40,172 nt of DNA from a virus (lineage: Duplodnaviria; Caudoviricetes), in the IMG/VR virus record IMGVR_UViG_3300020151_002386, positions 1 to 40,172 of that record. One strand, written 5' to 3'. The notes under the pieces are model-generated. The model had not been told where the DNA came from, made no database searches, and saw only the letters and a list, made by a program, of their open reading frames with translations. The position numbers and the translations under genes were made by a program. This document shows positions 1-9,330 of this stretch, one piece after another. Every line of letters starts with the position of its first letter. Position 1 is the stretch's first letter.

Positions 1-402
1 AACAGTTCCACTAACATTTACAGTTCCACCGATGCCAGTTACATAAAAACTTGTATTGGATACTGATACTGTATTCAGTAAAGAAGAAATACCGACTGGG
101 AGATATGTAAGATTTAGATTTACTGTTCCAACACCAACAGGAAGATATGGAACATTTAAAATGTCACTTGTTCCAACTTCTGTGATGTGATTATGGACTG
201 GATTTTCTGGAGAACTTGCAACATTTACGGTTGCTCCAATACTTACATCACCATTAATTGTAATATTTGAACTTCCAAGAGATACTGGAAATGGGTTCTC
301 AAAAGAAACTGGATTGCCATCTTTTGTGGCAATCATCGGGACTTCAAAAAGACTTCTTTCTTGATTTAGGAAGTCTTGATTAACTTTATTCCACTGAGCC
401 AT
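1..402 (-). CDS. Hypothetical, probably virion-associated protein, 3' end runs off the window (not in ORF track)
   Basis: Hand translation from ATG at 402: MAQWNKVNQDFLNQERSLFEVPMIATKDGNPVSFENPFPVSLGSSNITINGDVSIGATVNV...YLPVGVGTVNLNLTYLPVGISS...GTVNVSGTV. Open for 134 codons to the edge, starts 3 nt after the upstream stop, Val/Ser/Thr/Gly-rich. Confidence 0.8.
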   Translation of the reverse strand, partial: MAQWNKVNQDFLNQERSLFEVPMIATKDGNPVSFENPFPVSLGSSNITINGDVSIGATVNVASSPENPVHNHITEVGTSDILNVPYLPVGVGTVNLNLTYLPVGISSLLNTVSVSNTSFYVTGIGGTVNVSGTV

Positions 403-405
403 AAA

Positions 406-726
406 TTAATCAATCCACTCTAACTTTGATGGGTGATATCTTTGTATATTTTTAATATTAAAATTATTTTCCTGTGCTGGATATATGTTATGAACTATTG
501 CTCCAGGATATTTGTCCTGGAGTTGTTCGCCAAGATCTTGCCTAGATGGGACTCCAGTTTTGGTTACCAATTCCAATCTATAAATATTACCTTGCCACAT
601 TACATCAGCAACATAACTTTCACCAACCTGTTGTTGTGATTCTGGTTGAGAATTTATATAAAGATTTCCAGTAAAATCACCAGCAATATTAACTGATTCA
701 GATATAAATTGCCTGAATGATTTCAT
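406..726 (-). CDS. Putative internal head protein with T4-like capsid-targeting N-terminus (106 aa)
   Basis: Start moved from 765 to ATG 726 because the longer form overlaps ORF 731..883. It then begins MKSFRQFISE, like T4 internal-protein leaders (MKTYQEFIAE type). Lies downstream of portal. Confidence 0.7.
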   Translation of the reverse strand: MKSFRQFISESVNIAGDFTGNLYINSQPESQQQVGESYVADVMWQGNIYRLELVTKTGVPSRQDLGEQLQDKYPGAIVHNIYPAQENNFNIKNIQRYHPSKLEWID

Positions 727-730
727 TTGT

Positions 731-883
731 TCATTCCTCTTCGCTACCAAATAATGAAGCAGCAACTGCGGGTCTAAATTCGTTTATTTTATCTGATGAT
801 TTTTGATAAAGAACATCTTTGATTTTATCGCTGATCTGAGAAGGAGATTCGTCCGAAGCGATCATATCCATTAAGTCTTCCAT
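731..883 (-). CDS. Small acidic hypothetical protein after portal (50 aa; position of T4 gp67 prohead core gene), not in ORF track
   Basis: MEDLMDMIASDESPSQISDKIKDVLYQKSSDKINEFRPAVAASLFGSEEE*. Fills the gap, late promoter just upstream, TGA 4 nt before the next ATG. Confidence 0.8.
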   Translation of the reverse strand: MEDLMDMIASDESPSQISDKIKDVLYQKSSDKINEFRPAVAASLFGSEEE

Positions 884-907
884 AAAATTAAAATTGTGTA
901 TTTGTAT

Positions 908-915
908 TATTTAGA
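908..915 (-). promoter_or_regulatory. T4-type late promoter (TCTAAATA)
   Basis: Near match to gp55 consensus TATAAATA, intergenic, about 25 nt upstream of ATG 883. Confidence 0.65.
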
Positions 916-916
916 T

Positions 917-2608
917 TTATATTTCTCCACCTTTAGGTAGTTTTGGTGGTTCTACTATTTTTTCATTTGCTTGTGGTTCTATGGGAATTTTTCCCATTTC
1001 TCCTTGTATATTATTACCAATTTCTAATGGCATTCCAGTATTTGGGTCTATTGGGATACTGGGATCTGGTATTATTCCTTCTTCTATTTCTTTTTTGATT
1101 AATTCATCTTGCTCTACTATTTCTTGGTCGGTTTGTCTCAATATATTTCTTCTTACATAGTCCTGAGAGTAATATTTTCCAATATATGGTTCGGCCATAG
1201 AAAGCATATTTAGCCTATCAGTCATAAGTTCGGAATTTTTTAATTCTGCAAAATGATTATCATAAAGAAAATCATACTGTATATGCTCATTCATTTGGTC
1301 CCAATCTTCTGGAGTAATGATATTTTTTAGTATCAATTGAGTTTTGAGCATATCACTAAACATGTTAGAAAATCTTTTTCTAAGTCTTCCTACGAATTTA
1401 CTAAATTTTAATTCATCACGAAGAATCTCAGAAGATCTACCTAGATTAAACCCACCCTCTCCATCAATTCTAGAAGATGGTACATTCAATGCTTTGTATA
1501 ATTTGCTCTGGAAATAATTAATGTCAGTAATTTCTCCTAAATTTTGTCCTCCAGGTAGAGTATCAATTTCTGTTCCTCTACCACCTTCACGACGAGGAAG
1601 CCAAAAATCCTCAAGCATACTCATAAATTTTTTGTCGTCCCGAATTTCTCCAGTAGAAGCATCATAAACTAATTTGTTGCGATATCTCATCATAACATCA
1701 CGAAGATATTGTTCTGCTTTTACTTTTGGTAAGTTGCCAACATCAATGTAAAAAATTCTACGCTCTGGAGCACGAGACAAACGATAAATCACCAAAGAAT
1801 CTTCAATCATTCTTAGTTGATTGAGAGCTTTGATTGCTTTATTTAAATAAGATAATGTAATTCCTTTATTTCTATCTACCAATCCAGAAGTACAATAAGT
1901 AATTGCGTCTTTTGCTATTTTAACTCCCCTGTCTGGAGAAGCGGTCCCCATGTTTGCAACACCACCACCAACGGGATAAGAACTTTTTGGGTCATATATG
2001 AAATATTCTTCTATCTCCGGAAATTTAAAATTCATTGGATTTTGATCACCAACCAATGGATTGGTCATTCTTGGTGAATTTTCTTCCTTTTTGTTTTTTT
2101 TCTCTTGTCTCACATAACGCATTTTCATGGAATCAATATATCTTAATTCTTGAATTCCATCATGGGGTCTTTTTAGATCTATTACTTTATGGTAATATAG
2201 TCTTCCGTCAATATACCAATTTCTGTATATTTCATGTGCTTTTTTGTCAAAATCTAATAATTCAAGAATATATTTAAATTCTTCTCTTATTTTTTGCTTT
2301 AATCCGTCACTTGCATTCAAATTTGATAGTTCAATTTGTATGGGAGAGTCATTAGTATCAGATACTATTGCCTCATTTACTATATCTTCAATAGCACTAT
2401 CAACTTCTGGGTGAAGTGCCATTTCTCTATATCTTTTGATTAAATCAAATTCGGTTCTATATACTCCTTCAATATCTACATAAGATCCAAAAAAACCGCT
2501 AGTCAAATAGTGATCAACCCCATCCTCGTCATTGCGAGGAATGGGGGACAATGTAGATGGGGATATTTTTTCAGAGTCTTCAATCGAAAAACCAAACAAT
2601 CTAGCCAT
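917..2608 (-). CDS. gp20: Portal vertex protein
   Basis: Motifs YREMALHPEVDSAIEDIVNEAI, IYRLSRAPERRIFYIDVGNLPKVKAEQYL, EDFWLPRREGGRGTEI, ILRDELKFSKFVGRLR; follows gp19. Confidence 0.98.
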   Translation of the reverse strand: MARLFGFSIEDSEKISPSTLSPIPRNDEDGVDHYLTSGFFGSYVDIEGVYRTEFDLIKRYREMALHPEVDSAIEDIVNEAIVSDTNDSPIQIELSNLNASDGLKQKIREEFKYILELLDFDKKAHEIYRNWYIDGRLYYHKVIDLKRPHDGIQELRYIDSMKMRYVRQEKKNKKEENSPRMTNPLVGDQNPMNFKFPEIEEYFIYDPKSSYPVGGGVANMGTASPDRGVKIAKDAITYCTSGLVDRNKGITLSYLNKAIKALNQLRMIEDSLVIYRLSRAPERRIFYIDVGNLPKVKAEQYLRDVMMRYRNKLVYDASTGEIRDDKKFMSMLEDFWLPRREGGRGTEIDTLPGGQNLGEITDINYFQSKLYKALNVPSSRIDGEGGFNLGRSSEILRDELKFSKFVGRLRKRFSNMFSDMLKTQLILKNIITPEDWDQMNEHIQYDFLYDNHFAELKNSELMTDRLNMLSMAEPYIGKYYSQDYVRRNILRQTDQEIVEQDELIKKEIEEGIIPDPSIPIDPNTGMPLEIGNNIQGEMGKIPIEPQANEKIVEPPKLPKGGEI

Positions 2609-2632
2609 AATTTATTTTCGTATATTATCTTA

Positions 2633-2640
2633 TATTTATT
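2633..2640 (-). promoter_or_regulatory. T4-type late promoter (AATAAATA) for gp20
   Basis: Overlaps gp19 stop, 25 nt upstream of gp20 ATG. Confidence 0.7.
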
Positions 2641-3277
2641 ACTTGATAATATTGGTAGATCCAGCCTGATCTGCTGTTGTTTCTCCAGCAGTCCAGTAAA
2701 GAATTTGGAATTCTACTGTATAAGTTTCAATATCATCCGCAGTATCATATGAAAGATCAATCTGACTCACATTAGTTGGGAAAATTTGATAAAATTTATA
2801 TGTTCTGAGTGGAGTCAATGGTCCACCATTTGCATCACTAAAATTGGATGTAGATTCTTTAGAAGAACCTCTTCCTAACTGATAGACATATGCATCTACC
2901 ATATATGAATTTGGATCAGTAGCACCAGTCGCATTTTCCAATTTGTTTATGTGGTTCATCCATTTTTCAAATGCAGTCCTGAGCCTGAAATTCTCATCAT
3001 TTATGATAGTAACTGTCCAAGGATCAAAATTCCTATCGCCAGCAACTTTTAATGTACGCCCTCTAAATGGGACATCAATAGGATTGACATTAGAGGCTGG
3101 CAATGCTGCAGTTTTACATAAAAAGCTGAATAGCTCCGATTCTTGTCCAGCACCAGTTCCCCAATTGGAAGAAATTGCAGAAGGAAATGCTGGAATACTA
3201 ACTTCAAATAGATTAGGACGAGCACCACCACCAACTAGTTTTGATTTAAATTGAGAGATTGTTCTTAATTGTGACAT
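2639..3277 (-). CDS. gp19: Tail tube protein
   Basis: GGARPNLFEV, VPFRGRTLKVAGDRNFDPWTVTIINDENF, FPTNVSQIDLSYD; AGGAG RBS at 3287-3291; between gp18 and gp20. Confidence 0.96.
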   Translation of the reverse strand: MSQLRTISQFKSKLVGGGARPNLFEVSIPAFPSAISSNWGTGAGQESELFSFLCKTAALPASNVNPIDVPFRGRTLKVAGDRNFDPWTVTIINDENFRLRTAFEKWMNHINKLENATGATDPNSYMVDAYVYQLGRGSSKESTSNFSDANGGPLTPLRTYKFYQIFPTNVSQIDLSYDTADDIETYTVEFQILYWTAGETTADQAGSTNIIK

Positions 3278-3310
3278 TGTTAAATTCTCCTTTTGTAGTT
3301 GATTTTAAAA

Positions 3311-5491
3311 TTAAACTCTTCCTGTCACTTCTTCGAAGCTAACTCCAGTTCGAGTGGCAACGAAAGTAAGAGTCACATAGTTAATTGATTTAGTTGGCTT
3401 CAGGAATATGTCCGCTCTAAATTCATTATTATCAATAACATCAGGTGTATTGTTTGTTTCGTCGCAAATTACTCTAAAATCGTACACACCACGCTTAGCC
3501 TGAACATCACGGAGATATGGCTCAACAATATTTACAAAGTTTGCACGAGTTAGTGGATCATTCAACTCGAATAATTGAGCCTGTGCGGTTCTTTCTAACG
3601 CTTGTTCTACAGTCAAGAATAATCTACGAACATTAATCCTATCAAATGCAGAAGCATATCCAAGAGCAGTCTTGTCTCCAAAAAGAATTATACCAACCCC
3701 AGGTTGATTTACTATTGAGTTTATTCTTATTGGATATAGACGATCTCTTTGTGCTTTGGTTGGGTTATATGCAAGTTTAATTGCATTATTTAATACCCCT
3801 CTTTGTTGACCAGCAGGAGAGTACCATGGATAAGAATTCACACTAGTTCTAACCATTAAACCAGCAATGTCTGGATTACATGGAATATAACGGAATTTAT
3901 TATTGAAACGATCATAAGTGTACTTATAACCACTATCAAAAACAGCATATGAGGAAGAAGACAATGGACTAAAGAATTGTACAATTTGATTAGTTTGTTC
4001 TTCTGTATTTGTTCTATTTACTACATCTGTTCTGTGTGTAGAAATTACTGCCATGCAATCTTTTCTAGAATTGGCAATAGAAATCAATTCTTGAGCTTTT
4101 GCCTGAGATTGCGTTTTTTCCGTTAGTCCAGGACCCATGATCAAATAATCTACTGAAATTTCGTCTTTATTTGAGAACAGCCTGTATGATGTAACTAAGT
4201 CCCCTAATTGAGCTTCCATTCCATTATTATTACCATAATCTTTTCCTCCAGAAAGAGCATAAGTCACATTTCCAATTGCACTAAACACTTTATTTTGTGC
4301 TTCTGCATTCCACAATCCAGCTGCAGTGGTCAATCCAACATAACCGGAAGAGAATCCAGTTTGATATATGGTTTCATTATTAGCTCCATCTGATGGATTG
4401 TCTCCAGCATAAACATAATCTGATGTTTGTGCTAAGTAATCTTTCCACCAAATTTTTTGAGGGGAATTTACTGCAGAAATTGCGTCAGTTGCTTTTGATA
4501 TGAATAGATGCTTTTCTAGAAGATTTCCCTGAATTCCAGTTACATTACCACTATCGTCAATAATTGCAATATGTAGTGCATCATTTTTTCCATTTCTTTC
4601 TGCTACATATTGGTTTGTGGTTGGCTTTGGTGCCAAAGACTTCCAATATATTGTGCTATTGGTAAGTCCAAGAGTTTGTTGATCATACCAATCTAAAACT
4701 GAATTTGTTCCAGTAAGAGTAGTAGATCCAATTCCAGTTGCTGTCCCACTACTAATTATTACAGAATTTCCAGTTAAAAATGATTTTAATTGATTTTTTT
4801 CAGCATAAGAAATTTTTTCTTCTACCCCACCAGTTGTTACTGTGGAAACAATCTTTACATCTAAAGTTTGATTGGTTGTATTGATACCAGTAATTATCGA
4901 TTTTAGGTGACCATTAAATAACTGAGTTTGTCCATTCGCAATTATTGTCTGATCTACTAAATTTGTGGTCACTGCATATCCGACTTGAGCAAATGTAACT
5001 GCAGAGCCTACAGTAAGAATTTGGTCTGCTTTGTCATCGATTGCACAAACCTTCAAATCATTAGACCATGACCCTGGAGTTTTTGCAGCAAATACATAAT
5101 TTACAGTATCTTCAGAATAAGTTGATTCATATTGATCAAAATTTTTAATCAGTAAAGTAGTATTTCCAACGGTAGAAACACCAGATACATTTCTAGCAGC
5201 ATTTGCATTTACTAAATTTGATCCAGAAGTTCTTACGACTTTAAGAACTCCACCATAACTTAAGAATGAAGATGCGCTCATCCAATATTCATATTGGGCA
5301 TCATTTGAAATTGGTTTCCCAAAAACATTTATTAGTTGCTGTTCTGTAGCAATATCTACTGGTTGATCTACAGGTCCAATTGTAAATGGTCCTGCAATTG
5401 CCCCAATATTATCCAGTACATTGTCAGCTCTTCCTACAGTTAAATCAACCTCTCTGACAAGTACGCCTGGAGATAATTGAGGAGTAGCCAT
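3311..5491 (-). CDS. gp18: Contractile tail sheath protein
   Basis: LSPGVLVREVDLT N-terminus, PWYSPAGQQRG, GDKTALGYASAFDRINVRRLFL, FELNDPLTRANF, KPTKSINYVTLTFVATRTGVSFEE. Confidence 0.98.
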   Translation of the reverse strand: MATPQLSPGVLVREVDLTVGRADNVLDNIGAIAGPFTIGPVDQPVDIATEQQLINVFGKPISNDAQYEYWMSASSFLSYGGVLKVVRTSGSNLVNANAARNVSGVSTVGNTTLLIKNFDQYESTYSEDTVNYVFAAKTPGSWSNDLKVCAIDDKADQILTVGSAVTFAQVGYAVTTNLVDQTIIANGQTQLFNGHLKSIITGINTTNQTLDVKIVSTVTTGGVEEKISYAEKNQLKSFLTGNSVIISSGTATGIGSTTLTGTNSVLDWYDQQTLGLTNSTIYWKSLAPKPTTNQYVAERNGKNDALHIAIIDDSGNVTGIQGNLLEKHLFISKATDAISAVNSPQKIWWKDYLAQTSDYVYAGDNPSDGANNETIYQTGFSSGYVGLTTAAGLWNAEAQNKVFSAIGNVTYALSGGKDYGNNNGMEAQLGDLVTSYRLFSNKDEISVDYLIMGPGLTEKTQSQAKAQELISIANSRKDCMAVISTHRTDVVNRTNTEEQTNQIVQFFSPLSSSSYAVFDSGYKYTYDRFNNKFRYIPCNPDIAGLMVRTSVNSYPWYSPAGQQRGVLNNAIKLAYNPTKAQRDRLYPIRINSIVNQPGVGIILFGDKTALGYASAFDRINVRRLFLTVEQALERTAQAQLFELNDPLTRANFVNIVEPYLRDVQAKRGVYDFRVICDETNNTPDVIDNNEFRADIFLKPTKSINYVTLTFVATRTGVSFEEVTGRV

Positions 5492-5527
5492 GTTTTTCTC
5501 CCTAAAATACTCAGTTTCTCTAAAAAA

Positions 5528-5535
5528 TATTTATG
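5528..5535 (-). promoter_or_regulatory. T4-type late promoter (CATAAATA) for gp18
   Basis: Intergenic, 37 nt upstream of gp18 ATG, followed by AGGGAG RBS. Confidence 0.7.
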
Positions 5536-5558
5536 AAAAACTTTATTTTCAGAGTAAT

Positions 5559-7208
5559 TTAAAAATTATATTGCCAAAGGGATGCCATATCACCATATTC
5601 ATCGACATACCACCTATCACCTTCCGAATCAACAAAATTGTCAGACTCTCTCCCATCAACTATAAATCCAAATGGTGCCATATCTTGTTCTAATTGATTC
5701 TGTTGTTCTTCGTATAATCTTTTTCTGACATCATTATCAGTCATTTCTTTGAAGTAATCTTGAACAATCAGCCAAGCAAATATTACTAAGCACATTGTCA
5801 AATCATCGTTACATCCTTCTTCCGCTTCGAACGAATTATATTTCTGAACAAATGTAGTCAATTCTGATATAAGATCATAATCTCTAAACACTAATTTTTC
5901 TTCTTCAATAATTGCTTTTAAATTTATACATCCTACTTTTTTTACATTTTTAGACATTTTTACTCCCATTTGGGTTTTCTTCCCAGAAAATCCCTGTCCA
6001 ACTATTTGGCCAGCTCTCCCTCGCATTGAGCACATCAATACATTAGGATACTCCAAATCATAGTGTAATGCTGCAGCAACTTGATCTCCAACATCATTTA
6101 CTTCGCACAATAGATATGCATCATTATATGCTTTTCCTGCATCTTTTATGATGTATGGGAACATCATTGGCTTTATTTCGTTATTCCTATACTTTGCAAC
6201 TACTCTATATGGAAATGTTGTAATATCAAATATCACAAAAGCAGAATAGTCTATTTCTACTCCTCTTGCCACATCAATTGTAATTACATATTGATGATCT
6301 TCTTCTGGCTCTTCATATACATCAAGTCCAGCACTAGATTTAATTGGTCTATCTTGTGTTAATGTAGCTAATTTTGCACCAGAAATTAAAGTATCTACCG
6401 ATCCTAAGAATTCACATTCGAATTCTTGTCTCCATTGAGACTCGCTTGTGTTAGCAATAGTAGTCTTTTTAAATTCTTCATCTCTACCAGGAACATCAGT
6501 CCAAAAGACCTCAATGGGAACATATTCATTTTTACTTTTTTTCGCATCATCCCATAACTTGTAAAAATGATTTAAGCCTTTGGGAGTAGATACGACAATA
6601 ACTTTTGATGACTTGCCAGAAGTAATTGTAGGGTATACGGAACTAAAAAATGAGTCCGCAACTTGGTTAGGAACGAAAGCAAATTCGTCCAAAAAGATAA
6701 TATTATAAGTACTACCACGAACAGAAGATGCAGATGTAGAAGCAGCGAAGATCTTAGAACCATTTTCTAGTTCTAAGGAACCTTTGTTCCATGAGCAAAT
6801 GCCTTGCTGTAACCATTTTGGTAAGTTCTCATATCCTGTTTGTAAACGACCAAGAAGATCTCTTGCTGTTTGTGCTTTGTTAGCTAGAATAGCAATATTT
6901 ACATTATCATTAAAAATTGCATAATGTAAAAGATATGATACTACAGTGGTACTCTTTCCGCTTTGTCTAGGAAGCTTACAAATATTAAATCTATTCTCAT
7001 GAAAAGACTGTAACATCTTTTCTTGAAATGGATACATCTCAAATGGTTGTAAACCATGATCCAAAGTCACGATTTGTATATAATTGTTTGCAAAATATAC
7101 TGGATCATTGGCACATTTTGCAAACTCTATGATTTGTTCTTGTGTAAATTCAATTTGGGTATTCGCTTTCTTTAAGAGAGGATTACCAAGATAATGTTCT
7201 TCAGCCAT
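5559..7208 (-). CDS. gp17: Terminase large subunit
   Basis: YLGNPLLKK, Walker A LPRQSGKST, Walker B IIFLDEFAFV, STPKGLNHFY, QEFECEFLGS, nuclease IDVARG and NDDLTM; normal length. Confidence 0.98.
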   Translation of the reverse strand: MAEEHYLGNPLLKKANTQIEFTQEQIIEFAKCANDPVYFANNYIQIVTLDHGLQPFEMYPFQEKMLQSFHENRFNICKLPRQSGKSTTVVSYLLHYAIFNDNVNIAILANKAQTARDLLGRLQTGYENLPKWLQQGICSWNKGSLELENGSKIFAASTSASSVRGSTYNIIFLDEFAFVPNQVADSFFSSVYPTITSGKSSKVIVVSTPKGLNHFYKLWDDAKKSKNEYVPIEVFWTDVPGRDEEFKKTTIANTSESQWRQEFECEFLGSVDTLISGAKLATLTQDRPIKSSAGLDVYEEPEEDHQYVITIDVARGVEIDYSAFVIFDITTFPYRVVAKYRNNEIKPMMFPYIIKDAGKAYNDAYLLCEVNDVGDQVAAALHYDLEYPNVLMCSMRGRAGQIVGQGFSGKKTQMGVKMSKNVKKVGCINLKAIIEEEKLVFRDYDLISELTTFVQKYNSFEAEEGCNDDLTMCLVIFAWLIVQDYFKEMTDNDVRKRLYEEQQNQLEQDMAPFGFIVDGRESDNFVDSEGDRWYVDEYGDMASLWQYNF

Positions 7209-7225
7209 AAAAAATTAATACAAAT

Positions 7226-8836
7226 TTACCATTTAACTTTGTTGGCCCAGAAGGCAGCACTCATCGGTCCTTTTGCAATATTTTTTGCATGTCTCGCTTT
7301 AAATTTTCTGCGACGCTTTGCATATGCTTTGGATTCCCCTTTCTTTTTTGGTGAGCCTTTTACTCCCCTTTGTCCAAATCTAATTAATTTTTCTTTTCCA
7401 CCTTTACATGCTTTTACAACATGAGATTTTCCAGTTTGAGAATCCCCAACTGGCTCTGCTTTTGGTTTATTGCAAGGCATTTCAGACTTTTTTGCCTCTG
7501 ATATTTCAACCTCTTCTCCGATATTGCCATTGTTCAAGAGATAATTTTTTGATTTTGGTAATTGCACAATTGGCAAACCAGGCTGTGCATTACTAACACC
7601 ATATGTAATTACTTTAGATTCTGGATAAATTTTATTTACTGCATCAGTAACTTCTCTTCTGTTTGGTAACTTTACTTGTGGGAAAAATAACTGAGTTCCA
7701 TAGTACTTTCCACGCCACATGACAGTTACTGCCATGATATGTCCATTTTGTGCTGGTAAAGTTGCTTCTGTTACTGTTTCTGGATCTGCTCCTTGTCTAG
7801 ATAGAGTTCCGATTGTTTTTGCATATTCTTGTTCAGCTTTGGCTTTTTTTAATTTTGCCGCAACTAATTTTTGCTGTAGTCCAGACTGTTCCTCTACAGG
7901 TTCGCAAGAACCTTTTTCATATTTTTTTGTCCCTTTTTTTCTTTTGAATCCATCCCAACATGGGCTGTTCTTTTTTCCCTCTTTTATTAGTGGGTCTGCC
8001 GCAATCAAATCGATAAATTCATATGATACATTGCCAAACATATCTCTGACAATTTTACTTTCATTTTGAGCTTCTACTTTTTTCAACTTTGAATAATAAT
8101 CTGGGACTTCATCTAAATGTTGTAAGGCAGTAATTCTTGCTGCAGTTGGATCAGAAGTGTGTTCTTTTTCTACCTTAAGTCCCATCTTGAGTTGTTTTTT
8201 GATTAACTCTAGTGGGACTTTATGCTTTTTTGCTATTTCTTCCGGTGATTTGTAGGATTGTACTGGACCTTTTGGGTCTTGTTCTTCGTGCATCGAAGAA
8301 CAATCTTTGTATCCGTGCTCAGGACACTTTTTTCCTTTTTTTGTTTTATTGCATCCACACCCCATTTCCGAAAGAATTTGATTTACTAAAGATTTTTCTT
8401 CTTTTTGAGTTGGTCTTTTGAATGGAGGCAAATGCTCATATTTTTTGGGAAGTGCAGCTCCGGTCCCTCCCAAGTTTTGTGCAATATTACTTGCTGCTTG
8501 TTGCTCTCCTTTTGGAGTTTCTCCGGTTAATTTTTTTGCGACTAAATTTGCTCTTCTTATTTTTTTGTTTGTGTTGACATCAAAACTAATATTTTTATTT
8601 TCATCCAATTTTTGATCGCTTTGAAGATACTCAGCGGCGGTATCAATATAATCTGCTGCTCTTGTAATTTTTGATTGTACCCATGCAGGAAGTTGAGTGT
8701 CGCTACTTTTAATAACTTTTTTTAGATTCTTTATTGCTTTTTCGATAGAATCCAATTCAAGTCTTGCCATGTAGCCTTCATCATCTTTCTTTTTTCCACT
8801 GGCAATTTCCTTGTGGTCCTCTTGAATTTTTTTCAT
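7226..8836 (-). CDS. Modular Lys-rich hypothetical protein, probable capsid-internal polyprotein
   Basis: 536 aa between gp16 and gp17 with its own late promoter. Distinct modules (LPAWVQSKIT..AADY; CxC..CPEHG..C; GLKVEKEHT..ALQHLDEVPDYYSKL, DUF5661-like from memory; PCWDG; VMWRG; KLIRFG..FKARH..SAAFWANKVKW) separated by x-x-E(E) linkers. Confidence 0.85.
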   Translation of the reverse strand: MKKIQEDHKEIASGKKKDDEGYMARLELDSIEKAIKNLKKVIKSSDTQLPAWVQSKITRAADYIDTAAEYLQSDQKLDENKNISFDVNTNKKIRRANLVAKKLTGETPKGEQQAASNIAQNLGGTGAALPKKYEHLPPFKRPTQKEEKSLVNQILSEMGCGCNKTKKGKKCPEHGYKDCSSMHEEQDPKGPVQSYKSPEEIAKKHKVPLELIKKQLKMGLKVEKEHTSDPTAARITALQHLDEVPDYYSKLKKVEAQNESKIVRDMFGNVSYEFIDLIAADPLIKEGKKNSPCWDGFKRKKGTKKYEKGSCEPVEEQSGLQQKLVAAKLKKAKAEQEYAKTIGTLSRQGADPETVTEATLPAQNGHIMAVTVMWRGKYYGTQLFFPQVKLPNRREVTDAVNKIYPESKVITYGVSNAQPGLPIVQLPKSKNYLLNNGNIGEEVEISEAKKSEMPCNKPKAEPVGDSQTGKSHVVKACKGGKEKLIRFGQRGVKGSPKKKGESKAYAKRRRKFKARHAKNIAKGPMSAAFWANKVKW

Positions 8837-8865
8837 TTTTATGGTACAATAAAACCTACTTATTT

Positions 8866-9318
8866 TTATTTATCTTCAGAGATATCTTTTAATTGATTTT
8901 TCAGCATCTTTGATAATTCTGCCGTAGAGCCCACAAACAAAGCATTTGTCACATTTGTAGGTCCTTTTTGTATCTTTACTTCATCTAAATCTTTTATTTT
9001 CTTTTGTAAGTCTATTAATTTATCTGTAGCATCAGAAACATTTTTTATAAGTTGTCCAACTACTTCATATGCTCTAGGAGTGTCGGTTTCTTGTGCCAAC
9101 TCAAGAACATTATTTATTGCTTCTTGGCCCTTTTCTATGATGGAATACAAATTCCCACGAGTATATTCATAGTCTTTTTTAATGTCATCAATTACAGATC
9201 TATTTTCCTTTTGTATTATTTCGGGAGTTACTTCTTCTACTTCTGGATCAACAATTTCTTCTGAATCATCAATGTTAAAGGTTTCATTTAACTTTTTATA
9301 TTTTTTAGTCATTTTCAT
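8866..9318 (-). CDS. gp16: Terminase small subunit
   Basis: DYEYTRGNLYSIIEKGQEA, PRAYEVVGQLIK, NALFVGSTAELSKML; between gp15 and gp17; start could be 9312. Confidence 0.93.
   Translation of the reverse strand: MKMTKKYKKLNETFNIDDSEEIVDPEVEEVTPEIIQKENRSVIDDIKKDYEYTRGNLYSIIEKGQEAINNVLELAQETDTPRAYEVVGQLIKNVSDATDKLIDLQKKIKDLDEVKIQKGPTNVTNALFVGSTAELSKMLKNQLKDISEDK
8867..8874 (-). promoter_or_regulatory. T4-type late promoter (GATAAATA) for the 536-aa gene
   Basis: Encoded by the last gp16 codons GAT AAA TAA, about 30 nt upstream of ATG 8836. Confidence 0.65.
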
Positions 9319-9330
9319 ATTTCCATTCCG

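Noticed and set aside
727-765. N-terminal extension MLLHYLVAKRNEQ of the 119-aa ORF
   Set aside because: Non-ATG start overlapping the better ORF 731..883; ATG 726 gives a recognisable leader
917-7208. Inteins, introns or homing endonucleases in gp17, gp18 or gp20
   Set aside because: Lengths and motif spacing are normal; no HNH, GIY-YIG or LAGLIDADG motif seen
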